A stretch of DNA of 64,000 bases from contig JASVEC010000022.1 in the NCBI GenBank assembly GCA_030770535.1, forward strand, positions 372,001 through 436,000. The letters run 5' to 3'. Below the pieces are notes generated by a model that was given only the letters and a program-made list of their open reading frames with translations, searched no databases and was not told the origin of the DNA. How positions within the stretch are numbered: position 1 is the stretch's first letter; each line of letters starts with the position of its first letter. Below, one piece after another: positions 11,041 through 27,911 of the stretch. This DNA is from Batkoa obscura. Taxonomy: Eukaryota. Position numbers and translations under genes: made by a program.

Positions 11041-14000
11041 TTAATGAAATATTGATTCAGTATAATCCCCTTGAGCTAAATTAGCGCAAATAGCAAAAAA
11101 ATATTCAACAATTGTTTTAAACTTCATTGAATTAATTGAACCCCTATTGTAATAAAAAAGAAATTTGATAAAAATTAATATTAAAAATAATAGATTATTT
11201 AATCAACTTACTTTACAAACTCGACCATGAATTTGTTTTTGGCTTCTAATGTAATAAAATTGGTTGGAAAATTTTCCTAAATTAATAATATTAGTTAATA
11301 AATTTAGTTAATAAATTTATTAAAGCTTACTCTTGCCATTAATTCAGTAAACCAAGGTTTACATTCTTCTTTATGAGTAGTTAAAAATTTTCTGAATGGT
11401 TCAGATAAATGTTTTAAATAACTTCGTGATATTTGTCCACCAATACACTTTATAAAAAATACAAATTAATTAATTATTATTAAATTAAAATTAAAATTGT
11501 ATAAAAGATTTTTATAACTAAAAACTTACTAATAATATTTTTTCTAATATAAAAAAACCATAACCATTTTGCATAATGGTTCTCATTTTAGGATAAAATT
11601 CCATATTTAATTCTTTAGCATATATTTTTTCTCGCATTTCAAATAAAAATAACTCAAGCTAAAAAAATAGTATTTAAATTTAATTACCATAAAATATTTA
11701 CAAAGTATCGAATTATAATTATAATAATAGTTGTTATTCTTTTAAATTACCATTGTTTTCGCTAAAGATTGTAATACTGGTCGATATTGAGTTTGCATAT
11801 GATCACCAATATATTGTATAACTAATTTCATTATATCTTCAGGTAATAAATAAAATGAATGGGGGGAACTACTTAATAACTAAAAACAACACAATAATAT
11901 TAATATTAGTTAATTAGTATAATTAATTAACATTAATAAATAAATAGATTATCTTTACCTTTTGTATAAATGTACTAATTCCAATAGTAATATCTTCATA
12001 TTCATCCTCATCTAAATAAAATAATAATAATTAATATTCTAATTGAATTTTTTTTACTTTTTTTTTACTTTCCAGTTTACTCAATGTATTTAACATAATC
12101 GGCAATATTTTGATTGAAAATTGAGTAATAAGATTAATATGCTCCATGTTTAATGGATGATCTTCAGATGGTTTGTTATTGCCATAAGTAGAAACAATTT
12201 GTGCAGCTACATTAAAATAAGATAAATTAGGAAAAACTTCAATTGCTGATAATATTAATTGAGTTAATGGTCCTAACGGAAAACAAAATGGTGTAGGTAT
12301 TTGTAATGTTAATAAACCTTCCATTATGAATGATGAAATTTCCTATTTTATTTTTAAAAGATTAAATTAAAATTATTAATATGAAATTTAATTAAGATAA
12401 AATAAATAGATTCTTACCATAGCAATAGAATTTACATTCCCTGCTAATTCTAATACTTTGGAAGTAATTAAAAATACTTTCTCTGTATATGAAATAGCGG
12501 CTGGTATTGGTAATAAAGGTACATCTACAGCAACGATATACGAAGCAGTACGTATTCCTTTACAAGAATAATGTAAATACCCAAAATTTCTTGCAATTTG
12601 TTCACTAATTTCTGGATTTTGAGTCTAGTTAATTAATAGATTAATCAATTACTATAATTTAATAATTAAATTAATAATAATTTACTTTAACGTAAATATC
12701 TAATAGTTCAATAATTTTTTCCAATATAAAATTGGTTAATTTCTAATATTAATTTTATTAATTAATTATAATTAAATCATAATTAAATACTATAATTTTA
12801 CTTCTAATCTTAAACAAATAGCCATTGGATCATCTTTAGCTGAAGCAATAATAGATGAAAGAGATTGGATAATACGTTCCATATCTCTATACTAAAATAA
12901 ATCCGAATATTAATTTTTTATTAAATATATATATAACTATCTTACTTTTAAATTATTTAAACTATTAGCTAACATACTCACTAACATTTCAGAGTCTTGA
13001 GATAATTCTGTATCCGCTGTATTACAAATATCCCTAAAAGAAGTGGTAGCAGCATCCACGGTATCAAAATGATTAGCACATGAGATCACTTTTTCAACTA
13101 CATTTCGTAAAATTTGTATATTATGTTTATAATAAAAAATATAAGAAGCTATAAAAAGAATTAATATTAATAAATATTTAATAAATAAATTATTTTATTG
13201 AATTCTACTTACATGCTAAATATAAAGCTTGTTTTTTTATGAATTTATTTTGAAATGCTAATGGTAAATTAGAATTGAATACTAAACCCCAACATTCCAT
13301 TGAAAAAAATAATTCAATTGTTGGTATTATTTCTAAATCTAAACTACCACTGGCTATTTTTCTTAATAAATAAAAGGTACCTTCTAATTCCTAAATTTAT
13401 AAATTATTAAAATTATATTATGTTATTATTGTTATCATTATTATTAAAATAAAATAGAGTTATTATGTTTGAATTTACCTGCCAAGCATTAGGAGTATTA
13501 AATTCGTTTTTAATTAATGTATTAATTAATGTAGCTGAGTGATTAAAATAATTATAAGCATGAGGTGCTTTTAATATAAAATGTAAATCAGAAGCTAAAT
13601 CCCCACACTCATTTCGAAACACAGCAAATTCCCTATATTCATCTAATAATTTATTAATGTTAATTCTTTTATATATAAAAACTAAAAAAAGTTACCATCG
13701 GACCAATTTAATAAATTATCTTCTTCTGGATATTTTACTTTTAATAATAAAATATGATCCAACTGAAATGAAATTTTTAATATCTCTTTTTTAATACCAT
13801 GATTCCCTTCTTTAATATCTTCATTCTCCTCTTCATGTTCATCAATATTTGTATAATCTAAGCATTCATCTAAAAATAATTTCCAAAAATCAAAGGCCTC
13901 TTGAGTTACATTTTGATCTACCCCATAACTACCTGGAAAATTCATCAAAACTAATATAATTTCAAATAATTGAAGGTGTTCGGATTCAACATTAACTTCT

Positions 14001-15315
14001 ATTTTTTCCATTTCATGAAGTATTTTACGTATATATGATTCCCCAAAAAAGGAATATAATCTTAATAAAGATTGACATTTGGGTTCATTTTGATCTATAA
14101 AAATAAAAATTAATATTATTTTATTATATAAATTTAGAAATTTAATTAATTTATTTACTATTTAAAGCCTCATGAACATTATTTTTTAAAAAACTGGAAT
14201 ATAATATATGTTTCATTTTTTTATATAAAGTATCTTGAACTTGATTAGCATTACGATGTCCTAATGTTTCTTGTAATATATTAATACATTTAGTAAATGT
14301 ATTTTCATAAGCAAAATTTTCCATTATACTATCAACAATTCCTGGTAATAATCTATATTAATTTATTTGAATTCTCTTGTTTTAATAATTATAAATCAAA
14401 TTAAATTAGTGTTGAACTTACAATGATGGTACCCCATATTCTACCCAACTAAATAAACAGTCTAAAGAACTAATTCGAAGTTGTTCATAAGCTGGTTCTA
14501 ATTGTTGATTATTGACTTTGATATATTTTTCGATTAATTTAAGTGCAATATCTCTTCCACCTTGAGCTAAAGCAATTTGTAACTTATTTCTAATTTTATA
14601 TAATTATGAGAATATAAATTTATAAAAATTAAAATAAGTGGCTTACTTTTGAGCACTAATAATTAAATCTTTAGAATAATCTTCAGGTAATATTGTTAAA
14701 TATTTTAATTTAATTAATTCAATTCTTAATGGGTTTTCCATTGATAGTGAATCAAATAGTGCTATAACTTCCAATAAATTACTCAATAATTCATCCCCAT
14801 TATATTGAAATATCAAAGCTATTGTCTAGATTGAAGTTAAAATTTATTATTAATTGAGAAATTAATTCTAGTAATTGTTCTACTTACTGTGGATAATAAT
14901 TTAATTAACACCATATCAGATACTTGTTCACTTAATGAAAACTCTCGAATTTTATCAAGTAATAATCGTTTTAAATTATCTTTCTTCTCAGAAGTACGGA
15001 TATCTTTCCTGAATGAAATGAATCCATTTTATTTTGATTTCTATTCAATACTAATCTTATAATTACCAATTCCCTTTTAATTTTGTTAATAAAACTAACG
15101 CACCATAAAATCGACAGGTATCATTCTATTAAGGTGAATTTCATTTAACTTTATATATTTTAATTCCATTCCATTCCATTTTCACTTACCTCCACGTTTA
15201 ATAAAATTTCCCCTAATTCCCAGCCTTCTTTTAAGTATTGAAGATGATCTAACTCATTTAAAGCTGCTGGTGTAGGTACTGTTAACCCTTCAATTAATTC
15301 CCGATATTTTTCCAT
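11041..15315 (-). CDS. Importin-beta family karyopherin (importin-13/transportin-SR-like), many exons
   Basis: ATG 15315 MEKYREL..LQYLKEGWELGEILL..CRFYGAL (IBN_N); FPGSYGVDQNVTQEAFDFWKLF, LLLKVKYP, FRNECGD, WQELEGTFY; last exon ends ..GDYTESIFH* at 11041. Confidence 0.8.
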
Positions 15316-16164
15316 TTTAAAATTTAAAAAAGGTGATTCTTTATTTTAACTCAATGCTCAATATATATTTTTTTACAAAATTTATTAAATATTACAAGCA
15401 ATTAGATTGGTAGTCCAAGAATAACAATAAAACAATAGTTAGAGATTTACTATTTATAGTCAAATTGTTATGCATTAGATCATTAAAATGAAGTAGTAAG
15501 CTTTTAAGTTGAATATTTAGTCTAATTTTATTAAAAGTGGATATTGTTTAATGTTAATAAAAGTTTAAATAATTAAACATTATCTTTATTTTATTTTATT
15601 TTGATAAATAAATTAACCTGGATATAATACAATACATTAAAAACTTGTATTTTAACTTAAGGTTTATTTTTAATTCAATTTACTGTATTTTTATTACATT
15701 CCAACTAGCTTGAAAAAAACAACACTAAATTGAAATAAAATAACTAAATAATAATGATTTTTAATAAAAGTAAATAAAATCAAAAATGTTAAGTTTTTAG
15801 TTTTTATTCATTTTTTTATCTCAGTTCGTTGAAATTTTTTCCTTGTTATAGTTGTGAATGTAATAAAAATATTATAATAAAACTTAAAATTTTTTCAATA
15901 ATTTCCAATCAATTCTAAAAATTTAGCTTTTAAATTCCATTTTATAGTTACTTGTTATATATTATATATTATATATTATATATTATATATTATTATTTAT
16001 TATATTTTAATTCTTCATATCTGTAACTTTTTGCCTATAATTTAAATTAATCTAGATATTCCAATTTTTTTAAATTGATTGATTGGAATATCCTTTATTT
16101 TTTCTAATTTAATAGCTTAAAAAATCAAATTAGAAATTAATTTTTAATTAACGCTTTTAAGAAA

Positions 16165-18123
16165 ATGAAAGATGAGGTAGTAAAGGAACAGATTGTTTTA
16201 ATGGAAACTAAAGATGTAATAAGAGCATTATGTTTTTGATTTTAATTTATAAAATTCATTAGGTGAATAAAAAGAAACGAACAAATGACAAATTAGCTGA
16301 AAAAGCTACTAATGTTAAAAAACAAGTCATCAAAAAACAAGAGGTGAGTAAAAATAATTTAAAAGTTATATACTTAATACAACCTATTTAATATTATTTT
16401 ATTAGTCTGATATAATCTCAAGTACCGAATCGAATTCTACTATCAATGAAATGTTAAAAATAGAAGATGAAGATAATAAACCATTAAATGGATTAGAAAC
16501 ACCCATCTCATTACCTTTAAATGAAGAAAAAATATTTATAGATAAAGTAGAAGAGTAATCCATATCGCTTTTAGTCAAATTTTAAAAATATAATTTTATA
16601 ATTTTAAGGCCAAAACAAGAAGAAAACATTGATCTTGATTTTATAAAATATGAAGAAGAGTTAAATGAATATATTAAAAAAATAGATTTATCACTAATTG
16701 ATAACTTGAAATTGCCTTATTCATTGGAAGGATTATTAAAAAATTTCCGAGCTATGTTTACAGTGATATTATATAATCATGGTATTGGTAGTGTATTTAA
16801 TTTTGCAACTTGTCAAAAAGCAGTAGAAGATATAAGTAGAAGGTAAAGTTTTTTAAAAAATTTTATAGCTCAATAATAATAATTGATTTTGTTTTTTTTT
16901 AGGAGTTTTGATTTAATTCAATTACAAAGAATGAATTATTTGTTTCCCAAGTTGTTTAAATTTGAACCTATTGAAACTTTGATTCATCAAAAAGTGGTTC
17001 ATTCTTATATTATTAAAGTACCAAGTTTAAATATTGGCTCTCAAAAAAAGGAAAATACAATTATATTTCCAGCAGATAAAGTAGATATTTTAAGTCAATT
17101 ATTGCATCTTAAATTATTATTTTATGTCAAAAAAGAACATAATGTAAATATAATAATTAACTAAATTAATAAAATAATAATACTAATTGTTGTTAGGAAT
17201 ATTTAAAAAATATCAATATCCCTGTTGAAGATGGATTACCAAAACAATGGTATACTGGATTTGATTTAGATCAAATAGAAAATGTACCCATAAAATCACT
17301 TCCAGCTAGGAAAACTATTGGTAGAACTTTACCTCCAATTAAAGCTAAATTATCCTTTACGGATAGGACAGTAAGTGGAAATAGTCATTCATTTAATACT
17401 AATTTGTTATTATGTTTTTTTTAGAGAAATATGTTTTCCAGTGTAAAATCAAACAATAATAATAATAATAACAAATTAAGTATTTATGACAAAATGTATC
17501 AACAGTTTAAACAAAATACTATGGAAAAGGTAATTGTAATTTACAAAGATGAATTAATAAATTTTATTTTATTTTATTTATTATATTAGAAACAAACAAC
17601 AGATTCGGATGAAATTAAATCAAAAGGTACTGCTTTAGATGAAGCAAACAAAAGATCCAAAGCAGCATATGAAAGAAATCGATTAGAAGTTGAACGAATT
17701 CGAAAAGAATTTGAAGCTGAACTATTCCAAAAGAAAGAAGAAAAAAATAAAATAAAAGCGGTTCAAGAAAAACAACAAGAATATGAGAAAATAATGGTAA
17801 AAACTTCCCAATTACCCGATATTGTACAATCTATTCGGGTTATTTTTATATTAAAGCAAGGATTGAGGTCGTTAGAGTTGGATGAAGTTGTGGGGAAAAT
17901 TAATACAAAACAGCAATGGAAATTGTCTTTTCAAGAAGTTAAAGATCGAATTTATTTGATTCAAGAGGTGATACCACAGTTCTTGAATGTTAATTGGAAT
18001 CAACAATTAAAAAAGTATTTTGTTAATATAAATCAATTGAAAATTTCAAAGGAAGAAATAGATAATGCATTAGAAAAATATTTGGAAGGGAAGAAAAAGA
18101 GTGAGGGATTGAAGCTGAAGTAG
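16165..18123 (+). CDS. CDT1: DNA replication licensing factor Cdt1-like, multi-exon
   Basis: LPYSLEGLLKNFRAMFTV..NFATCQKAVEDISRRSFDLIQLQRMNYLFP and KQWYTGFDLDQIENVPIKSLP (CDT1 middle domain); C-terminal winged helix LPDIVQSIRVIF..EVKDRIYLIQEVIPQFL; 5' exon boundaries inferred. Confidence 0.7.
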
Positions 18124-18887
18124 TTAAAATTAAAAGTTAAATGAGACTAATAAAGTGAAAGGATCAATTGGAATTAGGTTTTATTAAAATATATTAATTA
18201 AAATATTATTATCTTTATTAGATAGGAATTCTTTGTTTTTAATTTGTTTTTAAATTTAATAAAGTTATAAAAATCAATATCAAATAATAAGGTAAATAAT
18301 ATTAAAACCTAATTTTTAATTAAACTTTTAGTTTATATTTATATTATATCTTACTTTTAAAAGGATCAATGATATATATTCTTATAGAAAATCTTCTATT
18401 AATTGATATTAATTTAGTATGTGTTTATAGTGTTTTATTTTTTCTATAATAGAATTTATTAACATTAGATGGTTTTTTAGCTGTTTTATTTAAAGTATTA
18501 AATTATTATAATATATTAACCTTGTTATACTCTAACAATAACAGATGATGATGTATAAATTTTCAACTTCTAAATAGAATTTAACTCTCAAAATAATATT
18601 CTAAATCTAATTTAAATAAAATAGTCTATTTAAATAATAAAAAAGGAAGTGAATGCCATTTACTTGAACCAAACTGGATTTATTTTCAACTTACTAAAAA
18701 TATTAAGTAAATTAACAAATTAGGAACACCAATCATTATTAACCATTTGGTCATCCGTTTACGAAATCAAAAAAAAGTGAAATAAAACCAATTAACTTTG
18801 AATAAAAATAATAATAAAATGTCAAAACAAAATAATCAACTATAATTAATTTTAAATACTTTTTATTATTGATATTCTATCATCTCA

Positions 18888-20719
<1,832 letters not shown>

Positions 20720-21297
20720 AGAGGAAGTTTAAATAAAAACTCAATTGAATTGTATCCAACGGATCTTTATTTAAAGATTTTAAAAATGAGTTTTGAAGTT
20801 ACTGAAACTTTATTTGATTTGAGATAAGCTCTTCAATACTTAATACATCAGTTTTTAAATATTGAAATTAGTTAATAAAACTCAATTTATAATTCTATAT
20901 TAAAAAATTAAATGTATTAATTTAAGGATTATATGAAAATATGGACCCAATCTACTAATTTTTGTTATAGGTTCAAGTAAAAAATAAAAATGAGACTTAA
21001 GTCATGCTCATCAACCTTTAGAATATTATCAAGTTTTACAATAAAAACAGTTAAATTTGGCTTATTCTATAATATTTTTAACTTTTTACAACTATGAAAA
21101 AATAGAAATTAAGTGATTTAAACTATTTTCAATAATAATTGAAAACAAGAGTAAACAAAAATGTACTTTGTAACAGAAATTATTCTAGCTTTGACTTTAT
21201 CTGTTATAAATTTGTTATGATATTTATAAGTTTATTTACTTTGTTTTCAATGAAGATCAAAAATAAATTTGATTTTGTTCGATTTTTTTGTTTATAT

Positions 21298-21396
21298 GGG
21301 GGTGTATTTTTTGGCTTCATTATTTTTTCCATTTTTTAAGCGCTATTTCAGCGGAAAGATTGTTAGTAAAATTCTTAAACACAAAAATATATCCCC
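21298..21396 (+). mobile_element. ~100-bp MITE copy
   Basis: atat|GGGGGTGTATTTTTTGGCTTCAT...AATATATCCCC|atat. Confidence 0.85.
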
Positions 21397-22185
21397 ATAT
21401 CACCTTTTAAACTAAGATAGGACATTAAAAAACATACATCATGCAATCTATATTTACGAATTTTGTGTAACCAAAATATTAATAATATTATTTTAGTTTG
21501 AAAATACAAGTTAGAACTTCGGATCCAGTTTTATAATCAATTGACCATAAATAGAAAAGGTTTGAAATTTAAATATCACTATTAAAATAGATTACATACT
21601 TTAATAATTAGTATTAACCTAAGTCTAATAGCGTTATTGTTTTTGAAATCTTGAAAGAGCTATAAATCCTAAGTTCTTTATTGATACAAATACAAGGTAA
21701 GAAAACACAATGGAGAGGGTAATTGCTAATAGATCTAACAAATAATATCAATTTGGGGTGAAAAATAGAATATTAGAGATATTGTTCAATAGTAGTAAAT
21801 TAGGTAATGCATATAGGTAAAGTACTAGGGTGAGTCTGCCTAGCTTCTAAAAAATTCATTAAATTTCATTAATTTTATTAAAAATTGAATTTTCCACACA
21901 ATGAAAAAAAATCAACACCAAAAGTATCATCATATTTTAGATCATATTCTTTAAAATGTAAAATTATCTGTACTACTTTAATATCTTTATGCTCACTTTA
22001 GAGCCTTAGCTATTTTAATAGGGCTTTGTTTATTTATTCGATGTTTATTTGATCTATTATTAGCTTTTATTATTAAACTAGAATCCTGAGTTATACTTAA
22101 TATTTATTTTATATATAGTATTCAAATATTTAAAAAATTATACATATATGAAAGCTGAAATGTGTTAGAAATATAAAAAAATCAA

Positions 22186-23301
22186 ATGTTTATTATTTTA
22201 TCACTCTTTCTTTTTGTTGTCACTGTTTTAAGTCAAGATCCTCTTGGGTTAACTTACTTAGATAAAAATTGCTATAGAATCGACTACAATACGGATGATT
22301 TGAAGTTGATATATCACCAAAATATCAACGTAATTGTCAGTCATTACCATTGGCTACCAATAATAGGAAAGGATGAAGGACCTGGGAAATGGTATGACGG
22401 AAAAGGTTGTCTTCGAGATTCTAAAGAATGTTGTGTAACATGTCGTCAATATTGCACTGAAGAATTTCGAGCAAAGGTTACCGATTCAATTCAAGGGATA
22501 AAAATTTTAATTGCTATGGATCTTACTTTGACGCGTAAAGAGAGAGACTATTTGTTTATTGCACCTAATATTGGAACTTTCAATTATCTTTCTGTGGACT
22601 TAAGACAAGGTTTAAGATCCATTATTGTTCCTATGGATAATTTACATCCTGATGATCAAAACTATCGCCAAGTATTCCAAATTAAAATGACCGAAAGTAT
22701 AGTTGCTAAGATCTTAAATAACACTAATCTTTACAACAAAGATGCTCAAACAACCTAATCTAATGATCATGTATTAAGCGTTGATAAGATCTGCCTTTTA
22801 GCTAATAATGTATTACGAACTACTGGCAAGAAATATGATTTTAGTAATTGCTTTAAATTAATACCAAACATGGAAACTTGATCTACTTGTAGGTTTGCGG
22901 GCAATGGGTTTGATACTGGCCGTGGTTATTTATGTAGAGCAAGCATGGATTCCAACAAAGCCTCTACTTTAACTTCGTGTCTTAGGAATTTACTAACAAT
23001 CAATACATCCGAAATGGCTTATGATAACAGAGCATTAGAAATTGTGAGAGAAGCTCTAATTAAATGTTTTGATGCTATTCCATATGCTGGGAAAATTTTG
23101 GCTACTACTATTAATGCAATTTTAGGCCCTACTGCTGATAAAAGGGTCCTTAATGGGTATAATAGTGAAGAATTTAATGCAAAATTAGTTGCTCTTAAAG
23201 GGATTCAGGATCAAGTTTTAGATGAAAGTAGTAAGCTTGCAAAGGGCCATGTTAAAGATAATTTCAGTGATATCATCAAATCTGTCAAAAAGGTGTTATA
23301 G
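22186..23301 (+). pseudogene. Pseudogene copy (copy 1) of the uncharacterised secreted Cys-rich protein family
   Basis: Colinear with 29383..30501 and 36356..37474; in-frame TAA 22756-22758 (CAA in paralogs), TGA 22879-22881 (CGA in paralogs), compensating 1-nt and 2-nt deletions at ~22294 and ~22347. Confidence 0.85.
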
Positions 23302-23760
23302 ATTAATAATCTTTTAAATAAACTTATAATTTCAAATTATTGATGTGTTTTTATGAAAATTTTTAATACAAGTTTAAATGTTAAAAGCGTAATTTACATT
23401 TTAAAATAATTATAATGTTGTAATTTTTGTATCCATCTATTTGTTATTTTTATCAATAAAGTTGGTCAATTTAATAGTTAAATTGTTAAACAAAAAACGC
23501 TCTATTTAGTTTATAACCCTTTCTATATTTTATACTATTTATAAAATGAACAATTTAAGTTAAATTAGAACTTACTGTTATGTATAAACTAAAGTGTCTA
23601 AAATAGCCCAAGTGAATTACCTTAAAAAACTGGGAACAAAAGTGGGGAAGTCGAACCATTTGATTGGTTTCTTAAAAAACGAAGGTAAAACTTCAAGACT
23701 ATAAAGTTGGACCAACTTTAAATTTCAATAAATATTTTTTAACTTAATTAAAAAATAACT

Positions 23761-25653
23761 ATGGATTTATTACAAGACAGCAGTCAAATTCCGGGCCAAG
23801 AATCGATTTTTTATCGAGTAATTACTTATTTAGCTTACCTTACTGAAGGTATCCCATTTTCCAAAAGATTTTGGAAATATTTATACGATAGTCATCAGAA
23901 TGATCCTATCCGTACCATTTTAGAATTATTTCTAATTTTCTTTGCTTTACATTATGTATTTGCTAAAGCATATCGTATTGATTCTAATGAAATCAAATTA
24001 ACTGAAAAAGAAATCGATGAACTTGTTACAGATTGGCAACCAGAACCTTTAAGTGAAGAATTAAGTGAGATGGAAAAATTTGAGTTAAACTCTATTCCTG
24101 TTGTTACTGGGTAAGTGTTTGTCTTTTGTAATTTCTTGTTAATGGTTTAATTTCATTTATAGCCCTTTTTCTTCTAAACAAAAATCAAAGGATGGAAAAA
24201 CTTATTTAAATATTGCTAACTTCAACTTTTTAAATATGTTAAACTCGGATAAAATTAAGGTAACCTTTATAATAACACTATGATATGCTGTATTGATTAT
24301 TTTAGACTAAAGCTATCGAAACAGTACAAGAATACGGTGTAGGTACTTGTGGCCCAACCGGTTTTTATGGAACATTAGGTAGTTTTATTTGAGAAAACAT
24401 AACATGGCCTTTATTAATTTATTAAGATCTTCACGTACAATTGGAACAGGATATTGCTAACTTTTTAGGTACTGAAGGTGCTATTTTATACAGTCAAGGT
24501 TTTTCGACATTATCTTCCGTTATTCCATGTTTCTCTAAAAGAGGGGATTTTATTATTTGGTAATATAGTTTTTTTGTAAAAACAATTTTATTGATTTAGA
24601 TATAGTGATGATGGAGTAAACTTTTCAATTCAAAAAGGAGTACAAATTTCACGTTCAAATGTGCGTTATTTTAAACATAATGATATGGAGGATTTAAAAA
24701 GAATTATGGAAGAAGTACGTTTAGAGGATAAAAAGAAACCTGGAAGATTAGTACCAAGAAGATTTTTAATAACTGAAGGAATATTTTATAATACTGGTGA
24801 TCTTTGTCCGCTTCCAGAATTAGTCAAATTAAAATATGAATATAAATATCGTTTAATTGTGGACGAATCTATTTCTTTTGGTATTCTTGGTTCAAGAGGT
24901 AAAGGAGTTTCTGAACATTTTGGTTTACCTGTAAGTATAATGAATTAATTTGAAACTATATGTAATTAATTTTATAATTAGATTACGGATATTGATATTA
25001 TTTCTGGTTCACTTACTAATTCAGTTTCTGGATCTGGTGGTTTTGCAGCTTCTACAGCAGATATTGTTGAAAGACAAGTAAGAATAGTCGCGTTTTGTTT
25101 ATATAATTATTTATTCATCAATTTAAATAGCGTTTAGCAGGACAAAGTTATGTATTCTCAGCCTCATTACCAGCAGCATTAACAGTAACTGATATTGAAG
25201 GAATTAAAGAATTAGCTGAGGAAGGGCCAGCCAAATTGCTTAAATTAAGAGAGAATATTTCAATCATTAAGAAATCGTTAAATAATTGCCCGTATTTTGT
25301 GCCATTAGATGGTACTGAGTTTATGAACTCTCCATTACTTCATATTAGAATTCAAAAACATTTAATTGCCAATTATTCCGTATTAGAAGAATCAAAATTA
25401 CTTCAAGAAATTGTTGACGAGGTAAGTAGATATTTATTTATAGAATTAATATACTTAAATTGTACTTTAGTGTTTAAAAGATGGAGTAATGACATCAAGA
25501 GCTAAATATCATCCTACTCAAGAAATCAAAACTATCCAGCCATCAATTCGATTTAATGTTTCAATTGCCCTCACTACTAAAGAATTAGAAAAATGTTTTA
25601 ATTCTCTTAAATCCAATACTCAAAAAATACTTGCAAAGAAAAAACTTATTTGA
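23761..25653 (+). CDS. LCB1: Serine palmitoyltransferase subunit 1, multi-exon
   Basis: [76 protein letters not shown]; stop TGA 25651-25653. Confidence 0.93.
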
Positions 25654-25730
25654 GTTATTGTAATAATCATTAAACAGTTTTAATAATATGAATATTTTAT
25701 TTATTTACTTATTTATTTACCATACTAACC

Positions 25731-26626
25731 TTATCTTACTAAAATGGATTTTATCCAGTCGCGATACAAAGACACAGTAGTATATAACTAAAGAAAAGAA
25801 TTAAAAACAAACTTTAAAATTATAAAAATACTACCCCAGGTGTATTAGGTCTAGCACAAGAAATACCATTTGAAGTAATCCCTACAATAACAGGAATACC
25901 GTTTCTAAATCCAAATAAAGGGCCACCGGAATCTCCTTGACAAGTGTCTTTATCCCCACCACGATAACCAACACATAATTGATTTTCCATAACTTTATAT
26001 TTTAAAACGTCTTGATACGTATCTATACAATATTGTCGATTATAAACTGGCATTATAGCTTCTTGTAAAATTGCTGTAGCCCCTCCACCTACCTCTGATG
26101 ATCCCCATCCAGTAACTAAAAATAATTGCTGTTCTTTATACATTGTATTACTGTCTATTATTACCCGTGGATTTTCGGGGACTCTTTTATTTAATTTGAT
26201 AATCGAAACTAAATCGTAAATAAGTACAAATAAACAATAAAAAACTAAAATAACCGTACTATCATAATATAAATTCACAGGTTCAAACTTAGGGTGATTG
26301 AAAACCCGTTGTACTTTAAAGGCAACTCCGTTTTCTTTTTCAATACTTTGACTAATATCATGACGATGATATTGTATCTCATAACTATCTAAAACTTTAT
26401 GATCATAGTTATCATAAGGGAAACAATGCGCTGCTGTTAATACATGATAAGGCGTAATTAAACTACCTCCACATATAAAATTGCCATTGTTGAATATAGC
26501 AACCATGAAATTATATTTAAACGCTGGTCGTACATTGACTCCATTTACTACTCTTCCCATGCTGCCTTGAGCTTTAGTAATACCGGTGAAATAGGTTAAT
26601 AATAGCAACAATGTGTTTGCTAGCAT
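25731..26626 (-). CDS. Secreted trypsin-like serine protease (S1A), 3 exons
   Basis: Signal peptide, RVVNG, CGGSLI, LTAAHC, GWG, KDTCQGDSGGP (Asp in S1 pocket); introns ~26209-26254 and ~25788-25834; last exon LYTTVSLYRDWIKSILVR*. Confidence 0.9.
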
Positions 26627-27911
26627 TTTTGATAATAGAAATGTTTCTTTCGTAAAAATTTTTTATGCTTTTATTATATATCATCCTTATTAATATTTTA
26701 GTTTATCTTGTTTATCTTTTTTTCACCAACTCAGCCTTTTGAATTTTATTAATTTTGCTTTGCCTTTTTTAGATATTTTTTGGCTTGTTTAGTTAATAAT
26801 AAATTAGAATGTCTTTTTATTAAAATACTGACAGCTTTATCACTAATAATTTTCGTTTGCAGCTATTTCATCTCTCTAGCAGACTATTTAATTCCTCATT
26901 TAAAAGCAAAATTTACGTTAAAATTTTGAAAAAAACAAATAGACTTTGAAAAACATTCTTACAAACCGGTTGGCTGTAAAAATCAATGCTAATTAGCTCG
27001 AAATAGAGTTGAAACAGTTGTATTGAGAGTTATAGAGATCTAAAAGTTACCTCACTGCTTAGTATAGTAATAGTATTACAGTAAAAAAAACTCTTGCTAT
27101 ATCCTAATCATTGACTGAAAATTTATCATTTTTAAAGCAATCTTTTTGTGTAAATAAGTTTTTTCTATAAAACTTTGTCTTTCCAAACCGAAAACATTCC
27201 AGGTAAAAGAGCCCTCCTTATTTACTTTAATGCAATTGGTTTAAACCTTTAAAAGACTTTAAGCCTAAAGTTTCATTCAGGCCATTGACTCCCCTTTTTT
27301 CAACCTTCTTACTTACCCTTTAATACCCAAAGCTATTCTTTAGATCTGTTGATTTGTTAGAATAAGCACTGCTTCAGGCATGTATTTTTCAAAAAAAAAT
27401 AGCGTGTTTTAAAAAATGAGCATTTATTAAGGGATAGTTAATATTGCTCTTGTAAAACAAATAAATTATTTCTAAGTAAAAACCAATCACAAGCTCTATG
27501 ATAATGATTCATTTTTTATAAAGAAATAACTGAATGTCAATTCCAATCCTTGCATACTTTTATAAAGTTTATTTGTAAAGCTACAGGGATTAAAAATCGG
27601 CTAGGGTGAATTTAATGTAAGTAAATAAATTAGAAAGAAAGTTATTTAGATTGTATACAATTCTTTATATTACCTCCGTTTTCTATATTCAAATTTTGAT
27701 TTTTAATAATTTTGAAAATATTTAATAATATAGCTTAAATTTTATAATCTTAAAATCAAATTAAACTATAAAGGAAAAAAAAGCGAAAACCAGGTAAAGA
27801 AATAAAAAAATATATTACTTAACCTAATACTCTTTCAATAGACAATATAAAAACAAGGACTTTTATTATCATTTGTTTTTTAATCCATTTGAAGTCGAAC
27901 CAGGGATAATT

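Noticed and set aside
21139..21339. Small hydrophobic ORFs overlapping MITEs (also 28591..28791 and 34870..35097)
   Set aside because: Their similarity to each other comes from the T-rich MITE sequence, not from a protein family
27000..27400. Possible retroelement gag remnant on the minus strand
   Set aside because: Only a short W-containing motif amid many stops; no LTR, RT or integrase evidence
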